DNA from: Dickeya dadantii NCPPB 898
Lineage (GTDB): Bacteria; Pseudomonadota; Gammaproteobacteria; Enterobacterales; Enterobacteriaceae
NCBI RefSeq assembly: GCF_000406145.1
Contig: NZ_CM001976.1
Location: forward strand, 4,673,677 to 4,705,676
Direction: 5' to 3'
DNA length: 32,000 bases
The notes under the pieces are model-generated. The model did not search any database, was not told where the DNA came from, and saw only the letters and a list, made by a program, of their open reading frames with translations. Positions 9,025-17,035 of this stretch are shown here, piece after piece; the stretch's first letter is position 1, and each line of letters begins with the position of its first letter. Position numbers and translations under genes: made by a program.

Positions 9025-10932
9025 TCAGGCAGGCGACTTGCCGGAAAGCAGGTCGAGGACATCCTGCACATTTTCCGTCTTAGCCAGCCGTTCTATTATC
9101 GACTCGTCATCCAGCGCGCTGGTGAGGTTGGTGATGACCTGAACGTGTTCATTGTTGCGGGCCGCGATACCGATCACCAGACGGGCCACGTCATCCTCAT
9201 CGTCGCCGAAGCGCACCCCTTGCGGATACTGGCAGAACACCACGCCGGTTTTCAGCACCCGGTCCTTGGCTGCAATCGTCCCGTGCGGCACGGCGATCGA
9301 CTCACCCAGGTAGGTGGAAGTCAGTTTCTCGCGCTCCAGCATCGCCTCGACATACTCCGGCTCAACATAGCCGCCTTTTACCAGCTGTTCGCCGGCAAAA
9401 CGGATGGCCTGTTCCTTGTCGGCGGCCTGCAGGTTCAGAAAGACGTTTTTCTCCGTCAACTGGAACAACGTCTGCGGCGCGTCGGCCGGTTCGGCAACCG
9501 GAGCGGCGGCGGCGGGTTTGGCATCGCCGGGCTGAGCCGCCTGCAAACGGGCGACCAAGTCGTTGTACAGATGGCTATCGAGGAAGTTGGTCAGCGAAAT
9601 ATGCTGAGCCTGCGGCGCATGGCGCATGGCGCGCTCGGTCAGATCGCGGTGGGTGATCACCAGATCCACATCTTCAGGCAGGTTGTTGATGGCGCTGTTG
9701 GTCACCGAAATGTTGCGCAGGCCGGCATCCTGCACCTTCTTGCGCAGCACCCCCGCCCCCATGGCGCTGGAGCCCATGCCGGCGTCGCAGGCGACGATGA
9801 TTTTACGCACGGTGCTGAGATCGCCGCTCACGCCGCTGGCAGCCTGACCTTTGGACGCGGATTTCATTTCCTGCATGCGACGGGTCGCCTGCTCCAGTTC
9901 GTCATCGTCCTTCACTTTGCTGCTTTTCAGCAGGATGGCCGACACCACAAAAGAGACCGCGAAAGCGGCGGCGACCGCAGCCATATTGGCGAAGTAGGCA
10001 CCTTTCGGCGTCATCGCCAGTACCGCCAGAATGGAGCCCGGCGAGGCCGGAGACACCAGACCGCCGTTCAGCACGCCCAGCGTGAACACGCCGGTCATCC
10101 CGCCAAGAATAACGGCGATAATCAGACGCGGGTTCATCAGCACATACGGGAAGTAGATTTCATGAATCCCGCCCAGGAAGTGGATAATGGCCGCGCCCGG
10201 CGCGGACTGTTTGGCGTTGCCGCGGCCGAACAGCATGTAAGCCATCAGCACGCCCATGCCCGGACCCGGGTTGGCTTCAATCAGGAAGAAAATGGATTTC
10301 CCGGCTTCCGTCGCCTGCTGGATGCCCAGTGGCGAGAAGATGCCGTGATTGATGGCGTTATTCAGGAACAGGATCTTCGCCGGTTCAACGAAAATCGACG
10401 CCAGCGGCAACAGGTTGTTCTGCACCATCAGGTGCACGCCTGAGGCCAGAATGCGCGACAGTACTTCGACCAGCGGACCAATCGCCAGGAAGGACAGAAT
10501 AGCCAACAACATGCCGATAATGCCGGCGGAGAAGTTGTTGACCAGCATTTCAAAGCCGCTTTTGATTTTGCCGTCAACCGCAGCGTCAAAGTGTTTGATC
10601 GCCCAGCCGCCCAGCGGGCCGACAATCATGGCGCCGAGAAACATCGGGATATCGGAACCGACCACCACGCCCATGGTGGTGATAGCGCCGACTACGCCGC
10701 CGCGCTCTCCCCCTACCAGACGCCCGCCGGTAAAGCCGATCAGCAACGGCAGCAGATAAGTGATCATCGGGCCGACCAGCTTGACCAGCGTCGCGTTGGG
10801 GAACCATCCGGTAGGAATAAACAGTGCTGTGATAATCCCCCAGGCAATAAAGGCGCCGATATTCGGCATCACCATATTGCTCAGGAAGCGGCCAAAATTC
10901 TGCACCTTGACCTTGGTATCTGGTGAGAGCAT
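9025..10932 (-). CDS. mtlA: PTS mannitol-specific EIICBA component
   Basis: 635 aa. KVQNFGRFLSNMVMPNIGAFIAWGIITALFIPTGW... and IIVACDAGMGSSAMGAGVLRKK (EIIB Cys) are collinear with E. coli MtlA. Confidence 0.97.
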   Translation of the reverse strand: MLSPDTKVKVQNFGRFLSNMVMPNIGAFIAWGIITALFIPTGWFPNATLVKLVGPMITYLLPLLIGFTGGRLVGGERGGVVGAITTMGVVVGSDIPMFLGAMIVGPLGGWAIKHFDAAVDGKIKSGFEMLVNNFSAGIIGMLLAILSFLAIGPLVEVLSRILASGVHLMVQNNLLPLASIFVEPAKILFLNNAINHGIFSPLGIQQATEAGKSIFFLIEANPGPGMGVLMAYMLFGRGNAKQSAPGAAIIHFLGGIHEIYFPYVLMNPRLIIAVILGGMTGVFTLGVLNGGLVSPASPGSILAVLAMTPKGAYFANMAAVAAAFAVSFVVSAILLKSSKVKDDDELEQATRRMQEMKSASKGQAASGVSGDLSTVRKIIVACDAGMGSSAMGAGVLRKKVQDAGLRNISVTNSAINNLPEDVDLVITHRDLTERAMRHAPQAQHISLTNFLDSHLYNDLVARLQAAQPGDAKPAAAAPVAEPADAPQTLFQLTEKNVFLNLQAADKEQAIRFAGEQLVKGGYVEPEYVEAMLEREKLTSTYLGESIAVPHGTIAAKDRVLKTGVVFCQYPQGVRFGDDEDDVARLVIGIAARNNEHVQVITNLTSALDDESIIERLAKTENVQDVLDLLSGKSPA

Positions 10933-11188
10933 AGAGATACACCCCTTTGAAACGCGCGGCGGAAAGCGTTCGCGCGGTAATTATTGATTGTTAGACAGCG
11001 TGATGACTTCCGTCGGAATCATGAGGTCGTGTACCGCAATGTGTGCATAACGCTATTGCCGTATCGCGATCACGGCATCGCGTGACGGCGAAAAATCTCA
11101 ATAGCGTGCGCCACCGGCGTGGCCCCCAAAACCCGTTATCACAGCGGACTCTAGCACGTGATTTTCAGACCGCAACTCGTGGCACAAA

Positions 11189-11365
11189 CGTGACATAAAT
11201 CACAAAATACACCCACAAATCCGCCACAAATGAGTGACACAATTCACAAAAAAATAATAAAATCGGATAAATGGTCGAAAAAAAACCAATCAGGCCACAA
11301 TAGATAGTGATCAATATCACTATTCTAGTGATTGGATTTATGCGAAATATGTGATTTAAATCACA
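11189..11365 (-). promoter_or_regulatory. mtl operon control region with at least four CRP sites
   Basis: TGTGA-N6-TCACA matches: CGTGAcataaaTCACA (11189-11204), AGTGAcacaatTCACA (11233-11248), AGTGAtcaataTCACT (11306-11321) and a perfect TGTGAtttaaaTCACA (11350-11365). The E. coli mtl promoter is known to carry multiple CRP sites. A possible -35 TTGCGG / -10 TAGAGT lies on the minus strand near 11150. Confidence 0.65.
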
Positions 11366-11422
11366 ATATATTTTCGGCACGAACCGGCCTTCGCAAGAAA
11401 ACCACCCCGTGCCGAAACCACC

Positions 11423-12133
11423 TTAGTGGGGCAGGAAATTCTGGGATTTGAGCGTCGTGAACAGTTTCTGCTGCTGATTGGCGATATCGGTCATCATGCT
11501 GTTGTACTGATCCACCTGCTGCTGGGTGTGGAATTGTACGCCGTTGTTGCCAAACACCACCTGATTGCCCTGCGTCTGCAGATAATCTCCCACCTGCACC
11601 ACGCTCTGCGCAAACGACGTGCTGGCCGGCACGACGGTTACCATCGCATTGGCCGGCAGGGAAACGGCGCGGTTATAAACTTTGTCGTATACCGTCTGCA
11701 ATTCTTCCGGCTGTTTGAGCGCCCGGTGGGCGTTATCCGCCTGGGTTTTGGCGTTCTGCACCTGTGGGCTTAGCATATTGAGGCCGCCAAGCGCCTGGCG
11801 CAGGTTATCGCGCTGAGTAACGTAATCCTGCGGCACGCGAATGCGGGACACCACGTCCAGCATCGGCGTCAGGCTGCCTGCCAGCGCCTGATCCAGCTGC
11901 TGATTGAAAGCGGTCATGACAGCGTAATCCTGGGTAAAACGCCCGAAGCTCTGTTTCTGCTGTTCGGACAACGCCGGCAACTGGCGCCCTTCCTGCTGTG
12001 AAATCCCCTGCAGGAAGGTAATGAACGCCTGACGCGCGTCCTTGTCCTTGTCTCCACAGGCCGACAGTTGCAATGCCGCAACCAACATAACCACTGGCAG
12101 CAGCCAGCGCGAACGGTAATCCGCCAACATCAT
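11423..12133 (-). CDS. yiaF: DUF3053-family lipoprotein, YiaF-like
   Basis: 236 aa, the same length as E. coli YiaF. Signal peptide with lipobox LQLSA|C. The IRVPQDYVTQ block matches YiaF as I recall it. The family assignment is from memory. Confidence 0.65.
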   Translation of the reverse strand: MMLADYRSRWLLPVVMLVAALQLSACGDKDKDARQAFITFLQGISQQEGRQLPALSEQQKQSFGRFTQDYAVMTAFNQQLDQALAGSLTPMLDVVSRIRVPQDYVTQRDNLRQALGGLNMLSPQVQNAKTQADNAHRALKQPEELQTVYDKVYNRAVSLPANAMVTVVPASTSFAQSVVQVGDYLQTQGNQVVFGNNGVQFHTQQQVDQYNSMMTDIANQQQKLFTTLKSQNFLPH

Positions 12134-12183
12134 TACTACTCCTGTTTATTTTCACCACCGTGACCCGGCGGCCTTACTACTAT

Positions 12184-12225
12184 CTATCACCAACGGGCTA
12201 TCACCAATGAGCTATCACCAACGAG
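12184..12225. repeat. 14-bp tandem repeat x3 (CTATCACCAAYGRG), with a degenerate 4th unit following
   Basis: CTATCACCAACGGG / CTATCACCAATGAG / CTATCACCAACGAG, read directly. Lies in the yiaF-like upstream region. Confidence 0.85.
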
Positions 12226-12378
12226 CCGTGTCACCCGACGAGTCATGTCGCCATAAGCGTAACCGAACCTGCCGCCGCGAGGGAAACACCACGCCTGTTT
12301 TTTTCGCCTAACGGCCGGTTCATCAATCAAGGACCGCTATTCTACGCCGGATCGACGCCATGCCACCCACAGAATCGT

Positions 12379-12404
12379 CTGTTCTGTTACCGCTGTTCTG
12401 TTAC
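12379..12404. repeat. CTGTTCTGTTAC x2 at 14-bp period
   Basis: Copies at 12379-12390 and 12393-12404, read directly. Confidence 0.85.
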
Positions 12405-12440
12405 AACCACGATCACACCGCTTCGCGCAGGTTGCATATC

Positions 12441-12497
12441 ATCTTGCACACAACGCACTATCTTGCACACAACGTACTATCTTGCACACAAGTAGTG
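12441..12497. repeat. 19-bp tandem repeat x3 (ATCTTGCACACAACGYACT)
   Basis: ATCTTGCACACAACGCACT / ATCTTGCACACAACGTACT / ATCTTGCACACAAGTAGTG. Supplies TGCAC half-sites at 12445, 12464 and 12483. Confidence 0.85.
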
Positions 12498-12512
12498 CAT
12501 CCCGACAATGCA
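12483..12512 (+). promoter_or_regulatory. Putative NtrC-type enhancer (two overlapping TGCAC-N7-GTGCA-like dyads)
   Basis: TGCACacaagtaGTGCA (12483-12499) and TGCATcccgacaATGCA (12496-12512). The NtrC consensus is TGCACCAnnnTGGTGCA. Located about 150 bp upstream of the -24/-12 element. Confidence 0.4.
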
Positions 12513-12634
12513 CGGCAGGTAATCGCCGGCGACAGATGGGCTGGCTAACACCATCGCGCAAAAAATATAATAAATTGAAAAATAAATAAAAAATAAGAAA
12601 AACGCCCGCAACGACTTCGTATCGACGCGCGACC

Positions 12635-12650
12635 TGGCAAGTATTTTGCT
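12635..12650 (+). promoter_or_regulatory. Sigma54 (RpoN) -24/-12 promoter
   Basis: TGGCAAGtattTTGCT against TGGCACG-N4-TTGCW. GG at 12636-37 and GC at 12648-49 have canonical spacing. Predicted TSS near 12660, about 40-50 nt before the riboswitch aptamer. Confidence 0.55.
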
Positions 12651-12699
12651 TTGTATCACCGGTAGCAGGAGCGATAGCGGGCAACCGGTGTCGCCAGAC

Positions 12700-12838
12700 A
12701 ATTTGGAAATGGGTGACTAGGGTTCCGGCTTCACTGCGCAGGTCCGAGAGTCACCGACCGCCCTCTGGCGGTTACACGGCGGGATAAAAGCCCGGGAGGA
12801 TACAGCGAGATGCATGCTCGCCGCCCTCCTGCTTTTTT
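12700..12838 (+). promoter_or_regulatory. Guanidine-I riboswitch (ykkC-yxkD class): aptamer ~12700-12800 plus intrinsic terminator 12794-12838
   Basis: Hallmark conserved blocks ACTAGGGTTCCGG (12716-12728), GGTCCGAGAG (12741-12750) and ACACGGCGGGATAAAAGCCCGGGAGG (12774-12799). Terminator: GGGAGG/CCTCCT and GCGAG/CTCGC helices followed by T6. Its 5' arm overlaps the 3' end of the aptamer, which is ON-switch logic. Confidence 0.9.
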
Positions 12839-12871
12839 AGTGGTTGCGCCCAACGTCAGAGGACATTCGCC

Positions 12872-13927
12872 ATGAAAACGATTCAACGATTACTGCTTGT
12901 TTGCGCCCTGGCGCTGTGCAGCGCCAATGCGCTGGCCGCCAACAAACCCGCCTTCAAACTCTGCTGGTCTATTTACGCCGGCTGGATGCCGTGGGACTAC
13001 GCCCAACAACAAGGCATCATCAAAAAATGGGCCGACAAATACGGCATCGATATCCAGTTTGTTCAGGTCAACGATTACATCGAATCCGTTAATCAGTACA
13101 CCGCCGGCGGCTTCGACGGCTGCGCCATGACCAACATGGACGCCCTGACCATTCCGGCAGCCGGCGGCGTGGACAGCACCGCGCTTATCGTCGGCGACTA
13201 CTCAAACGGCAACGACGGCATTCTGATCAAAGGCACCAACAGCCTGACCGCGCTCAAAGGCAAGCCGATCAATCTGGTCCAGTTGTCGGTGTCTCACTAC
13301 CTGCTGGCGCGGGCGCTGGAAAAGAACGGCATGAGCGAGAAAGACATCAAAGTGGTGAATACCGCCGATGCCGATCTGGTCGCCGCCTTCGGCACGTCGG
13401 ACGTGCAGGCCATCGTTACCTGGAACCCGTTGCTGGCGGAAGCCAAAAAACAGCCGGGCAGCCAGCTGGCGTTTTCTTCCGCCCAAATCCCCGGCGAAAT
13501 CCTTGACCTATTGGTGGTCAATACCGCCACGCTGAAGCAACACCCCGAACTGGGCAAAGCCCTGACCGGCGCCTGGTATGAAACTCTGCAAGCCATGTCC
13601 GGCGATAGCAGCGCCGCGCGTCAGGCCCGCACCTTCATGGGCCAGGCCGCCGGTACCGACCTGGCCGGATTTGACGAGCAACTGGCCGCCACCCACCTGT
13701 TCGCCACCCCGCAACAGGCGCTGGAGTTCGTCCAGAACGCTCAGTTGAAAACCACCATGCAGTCAGTAGCGGAGTTCTCCTTCCGTCACGGCCTGCTGGG
13801 CGACGGCGCGCCGGGCGCAGACGTGGTGGGGGTCTCCACTCCGGCTGGTCTGTGGGGCAACACCGGCAACGTCAAACTGCGCTTCAGCGACGAGTTCCTG
13901 AAGCTGGCGGCCGGCAACAAGCTGTAA
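12872..13927 (+). CDS. ABC transporter periplasmic substrate-binding protein (NMT1/SsuA-like, urea-carboxylase-region type); probable guanidine binding protein
   Basis: 351 aa. Signal peptide MKTIQRLLLVCALALCSANALA|A. First gene after the riboswitch. AGAGGA SD. Confidence 0.88.
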   Translation: MKTIQRLLLVCALALCSANALAANKPAFKLCWSIYAGWMPWDYAQQQGIIKKWADKYGIDIQFVQVNDYIESVNQYTAGGFDGCAMTNMDALTIPAAGGVDSTALIVGDYSNGNDGILIKGTNSLTALKGKPINLVQLSVSHYLLARALEKNGMSEKDIKVVNTADADLVAAFGTSDVQAIVTWNPLLAEAKKQPGSQLAFSSAQIPGEILDLLVVNTATLKQHPELGKALTGAWYETLQAMSGDSSAARQARTFMGQAAGTDLAGFDEQLAATHLFATPQQALEFVQNAQLKTTMQSVAEFSFRHGLLGDGAPGADVVGVSTPAGLWGNTGNVKLRFSDEFLKLAAGNKL

Positions 13928-13943
13928 CACGGGAGAACGCCGG

Positions 13944-14756
13944 ATGCGCAAATTGATCAACTACCAGCCGCTGCCGCTGACGCGCGGGATGATGGGGTTT
14001 CTGCCGCTACTGGCGCTGCTGCTGGTCTACCTGATGGCGTCCGACGCCCGGCTGGCGGCGAACGCCGCCGACAAACTGCTGCCAGGCCTGAGCGCGATGG
14101 CGCAAGCCATGCATCGCATGGCGTTTGAGCCCAACGAGCGCACCGGCGAATACCTGTTGTGGGTCGACACCGCCGCCAGCCTGCTGCGGCTGTTGACCGG
14201 CGTGGGCTTAAGCGCGCTGCTGGCGCTGGTGTTCGGCCTGCTGTGCGGCGCACTGCCGTCGGTACGGGCCACCCTGTCGCCGCTGATCACCCTGTTTGCG
14301 CTGATCCCGCCGCTGGCGGTGCTGCCAGTCCTGTTCATCTGTTTCGGGCTGGGCGAGGTGTCAAAAGTGGTGCTGATCATGGTGGGTATCACACCGTTCA
14401 TCATCCGCGACCTGCAACTCTACATCCAGAGCCTGCCGCAAGAGCAACTGGTGAAGGCGCAAACCCTCGGCGGCCACAGCGGCCAGATCCTGTGGCGGGT
14501 GATCCTGCCGCAGCTGATGCCGCGCTTGCTGGATGCGGTGCGCCTGTCGCTCAGTTCCGCCTGGCTGTTCCTGATCGCCGCCGAAGCCATTGCCGCCACC
14601 GAGGGGCTGGGCTACCGCATCTTCCTGATGCGCCGCTATCTGGCGATGGACGTCATTATGCCTTACGTCGCCTGGATCACGGCGCTGGCGTTCCTGCTCG
14701 ATGTGCTGCTGCGAGTCATCAGCCGTCGCGGCTGGCCCTGGTATTACTCGAAATGA
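13944..14756 (+). CDS. ABC transporter permease (NitT/TauT family)
   Basis: 270 aa and multi-TM. Permease EAA-type loop region (AEAIAATEGLGYRIF). Confidence 0.9.
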   Translation: MRKLINYQPLPLTRGMMGFLPLLALLLVYLMASDARLAANAADKLLPGLSAMAQAMHRMAFEPNERTGEYLLWVDTAASLLRLLTGVGLSALLALVFGLLCGALPSVRATLSPLITLFALIPPLAVLPVLFICFGLGEVSKVVLIMVGITPFIIRDLQLYIQSLPQEQLVKAQTLGGHSGQILWRVILPQLMPRLLDAVRLSLSSAWLFLIAAEAIAATEGLGYRIFLMRRYLAMDVIMPYVAWITALAFLLDVLLRVISRRGWPWYYSK

Positions 14757-14781
14757 GCCGTTGCGGAATGCAGGAGAACCT

Positions 14782-15561
14782 ATGTCGTTATTAACGCTAA
14801 AAAACATCAGGAAAGAGTACGACGGTCAGGTGGTGCTGGAACGGCTCAATGTTTCGGTTGAGGAAGGCGAATTCGTCTCCATCGTCGGCGCATCCGGCTG
14901 CGGCAAAACCACCTTTCTCAAGATGCTGCTCGGCACCGAAAGCCCCAGCAGCGGCCAGTTGCTGCTCGACGGCGCGCCGATGCCGCAGGAGCCGGACGAA
15001 CACCGCGGCGTAGTGTTCCAGCGCTACTCGGTTTTCCCTCACCTCAGCGTGGCGGAAAACGTCATGCTCGGCGCGGAATTCGCCGAAGCCCGCTGGCTGG
15101 GCCGGGTATGGGGCCAACGTCGTCAAGCCCTGCGCGCCGAAGCGATGGCGATGCTCAGTCAGGTAGGGTTGGAGCAATCCGCCCATAAGTACCCGCACCA
15201 GTTGTCCGGCGGCATGCAGCAGCGGCTGGCGCTGGCGCAGGCGTTGATCAAACGGCCGCGTATTCTGCTGCTGGATGAACCGTTCGGCGCGCTGGACCCC
15301 GGCATCCGCGCCGAAATGCACCAGTTGATCAGCCAGTTATGGCAGGAGCACCGTCTGACCATTTTCATGATCACCCACGACCTTAAAGAAGGTTTTTCGC
15401 TCGGGTCGCGCCTGTGGGTGTTCGACAAGATCCGCCAGGACCCGCAAGCGCCGGACGCGTTTGGCGCCAGCATTACCTACGACCTTCCTCTGGAGCGCGC
15501 GCCTGCCGGTGTGCCGGCTTCAATGGGAGAACTGACTGACGGGCGGCGGCACGTCGCCTGA
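14782..15561 (+). CDS. ABC transporter ATP-binding protein (NitT/TauT family)
   Basis: Walker A GASGCGKTT, signature LSGGMQQR, Walker B ILLLDEPFGALD. AGGAG lies 6 nt upstream of ATG 14782. The listed ORF start at 14701 overlaps the permease and is rejected. Confidence 0.92.
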   Translation: MSLLTLKNIRKEYDGQVVLERLNVSVEEGEFVSIVGASGCGKTTFLKMLLGTESPSSGQLLLDGAPMPQEPDEHRGVVFQRYSVFPHLSVAENVMLGAEFAEARWLGRVWGQRRQALRAEAMAMLSQVGLEQSAHKYPHQLSGGMQQRLALAQALIKRPRILLLDEPFGALDPGIRAEMHQLISQLWQEHRLTIFMITHDLKEGFSLGSRLWVFDKIRQDPQAPDAFGASITYDLPLERAPAGVPASMGELTDGRRHVA

Positions 15562-15577
15562 TGGGAGGAATCACACA

Positions 15578-16297
15578 ATGAACGATCATTATCAGACTGA
15601 ACTGCCCGCCGGTTCGCACTGGTCGCTGGTGATGCGCCGCGGTACCGCGCTGCGCCTGACCGACATCGAAGGCGGCACCAACGTGGGCATGCTGTTCTAT
15701 AACCCGGAAAATCCGCTGGAGCGTTACAACGCGCCGGACACGCTCAAATGCCAGCACACGTTTCGCCTGACCGCCGGCCACTGCCTGTACTCGGATATGG
15801 GCCGTATTTTCTGCGGCATCGAAACCGACAGTTTCGGCTGGCATGAAACCGTGTGCGGCACCAGCAACGCGCAGCAGGTGGCGCGTCAGTTCGGCGAACT
15901 GAGCTACCAGCAGGCGCGTAACAGCCGTCACCAAAACGGCTACGACAGCTTTCTGGTGGAACTGGCGAAATACGGCCTCGGCAAACGCGACATGGCCGCC
16001 TGCGTCAACTTTTTCGCCCGCGTGAGCAGCGACGACGACGGCAACCTGACGCTGGAACAGCAGGGGCAACCCGGCGCTGGCGTCACGCTGCGTTTCGCTA
16101 TGGATACGCTGGTTATCCTGCATACCTGCCCGCATCCGCTCAACACCGCCGCCGACTATCCGCACCATCCGGCCCTGCTGACGCTGGACTATCAGCGCGC
16201 GCCGCTGCCGGACATCTGTCTGGCGCGACCGGAGAACCGACGCGGGCTGCGCAACAACACGCTTTACTATCTGGCTGAGCAACCACAAGGAGTCTGA
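15578..16297 (+). CDS. Urea amidolyase-associated protein 1 (DUF1989); probable carboxyguanidine deiminase subunit
   Basis: 239 aa with the typical size and position (immediately before UAAP2 and the carboxylase). Paralogous to the next ORF ([10 protein letters not shown] / [11 protein letters not shown]; NFF..V motifs). Confidence 0.85.
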   Translation: MNDHYQTELPAGSHWSLVMRRGTALRLTDIEGGTNVGMLFYNPENPLERYNAPDTLKCQHTFRLTAGHCLYSDMGRIFCGIETDSFGWHETVCGTSNAQQVARQFGELSYQQARNSRHQNGYDSFLVELAKYGLGKRDMAACVNFFARVSSDDDGNLTLEQQGQPGAGVTLRFAMDTLVILHTCPHPLNTAADYPHHPALLTLDYQRAPLPDICLARPENRRGLRNNTLYYLAEQPQGV

Positions 16298-16299
16298 TT

Positions 16300-16935
16300 A
16301 TGATCCAGACCAGTCAGCGCGACCCCGCCACGGCGGTTTACCGCGCCACCCTTCCCGCCGGCGACTACTGGCTGCACCGCATCGAAGCCGGCCAGACGCT
16401 GCGTATTACCGATCTCGAAGGTAATCAGGCCGCCGACACCCTGTTCTACAACGCCGACGATACCGCCGAGCGCTACAGCGTGACCGATACGCTGCGCGGT
16501 CAGCGCAACGTGTTTCTCACCACCGGCAGCGTACTACGCTCCAATGAGGACCGCCCGATGCTGGAAATCGTGGCGGATACCTGCGGGCGTCACGACACCC
16601 TCGGCGGCGCCTGCGCCACCGAGAGCAACACCGTGCGCTACGACCTGGAAAAACGCCACATGCACGCCTGCCGCGACAGTTGGATGCTGGCCGTGGCGCA
16701 ACACCCGGAATACCACCTGACCAAACGCGACATCACCCACAACATCAACTTTTTCATGAACGTGCCGGTCACGCGGGACGGCGGTTTGACCTTCGCCGAC
16801 GGCATCTCCGCACCGGGGAAATACGTGGAAATGGTGGCGAAAATGAACGTGCTGGTGCTGATCTCCAATTGTCCGCAGTTGAACAATCCCTGTAACGGCT
16901 ACAACCCCACCCCGATCGACATCGCCGTCTGGTAA
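16300..16935 (+). CDS. Urea amidolyase-associated protein 2 (DUF1989); probable carboxyguanidine deiminase subunit
   Basis: 211 aa. Starts 2 nt after the previous stop. DUF1989 paralogue pair. Confidence 0.85.
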   Translation: MIQTSQRDPATAVYRATLPAGDYWLHRIEAGQTLRITDLEGNQAADTLFYNADDTAERYSVTDTLRGQRNVFLTTGSVLRSNEDRPMLEIVADTCGRHDTLGGACATESNTVRYDLEKRHMHACRDSWMLAVAQHPEYHLTKRDITHNINFFMNVPVTRDGGLTFADGISAPGKYVEMVAKMNVLVLISNCPQLNNPCNGYNPTPIDIAVW

Positions 16936-17035
16936 ACGCGGCGGCAACGGCACGCATCGGGAACAGCGACGCGCGGGACGACCCGCAGCAGCGTCCGAGA
17001 CTTCGCAGGACGACCTGCCCGTAAGAGACTCTGTC

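Noticed and set aside
7894-10443. 348-aa (7894..8940) and 432-aa (9145..10443) plus-strand ORFs
   Set aside because: They are antisense to mtlD and mtlA respectively. Both real genes are near-collinear with E. coli orthologues.
11165-11380. 71-aa minus-strand ORF (hydrophobic, Ile/Phe-rich)
   Set aside because: It lies exactly over the AT-rich CRP-site array of the mtl control region, has a GTG start and no SD. The hydrophobic translation is a consequence of AT-rich DNA.
12184-12497. Could the tandem repeats be a small CRISPR array?
   Set aside because: The units are directly adjacent (14- and 19-bp periods) with no unique spacers, the repeats are too short, and no cas genes are present.
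12360-12701. Small ORFs (62, 81 and 74 aa) in the 740-bp intergenic region
   Set aside because: They overlap the tandem repeats, the A/T tract, the sigma54 promoter and the riboswitch 5' flank. There are no SDs and the sequences are repeat-derived.
14701-14781. N-terminal extension of the ABC ATPase overlapping the permease 3' end
   Set aside because: The internal ATG 14782 is preceded by AGGAG and gives the canonical family N-terminus. The extension is Cys/Ala-rich with no homology.
14159-14794. 211-aa alternative-frame ORF inside the permease gene, plus the antisense ORFs 13957..14404 and 14361..14807
   Set aside because: Pro/Arg/Ala-rich shadow frames of a GC-rich membrane-protein gene.
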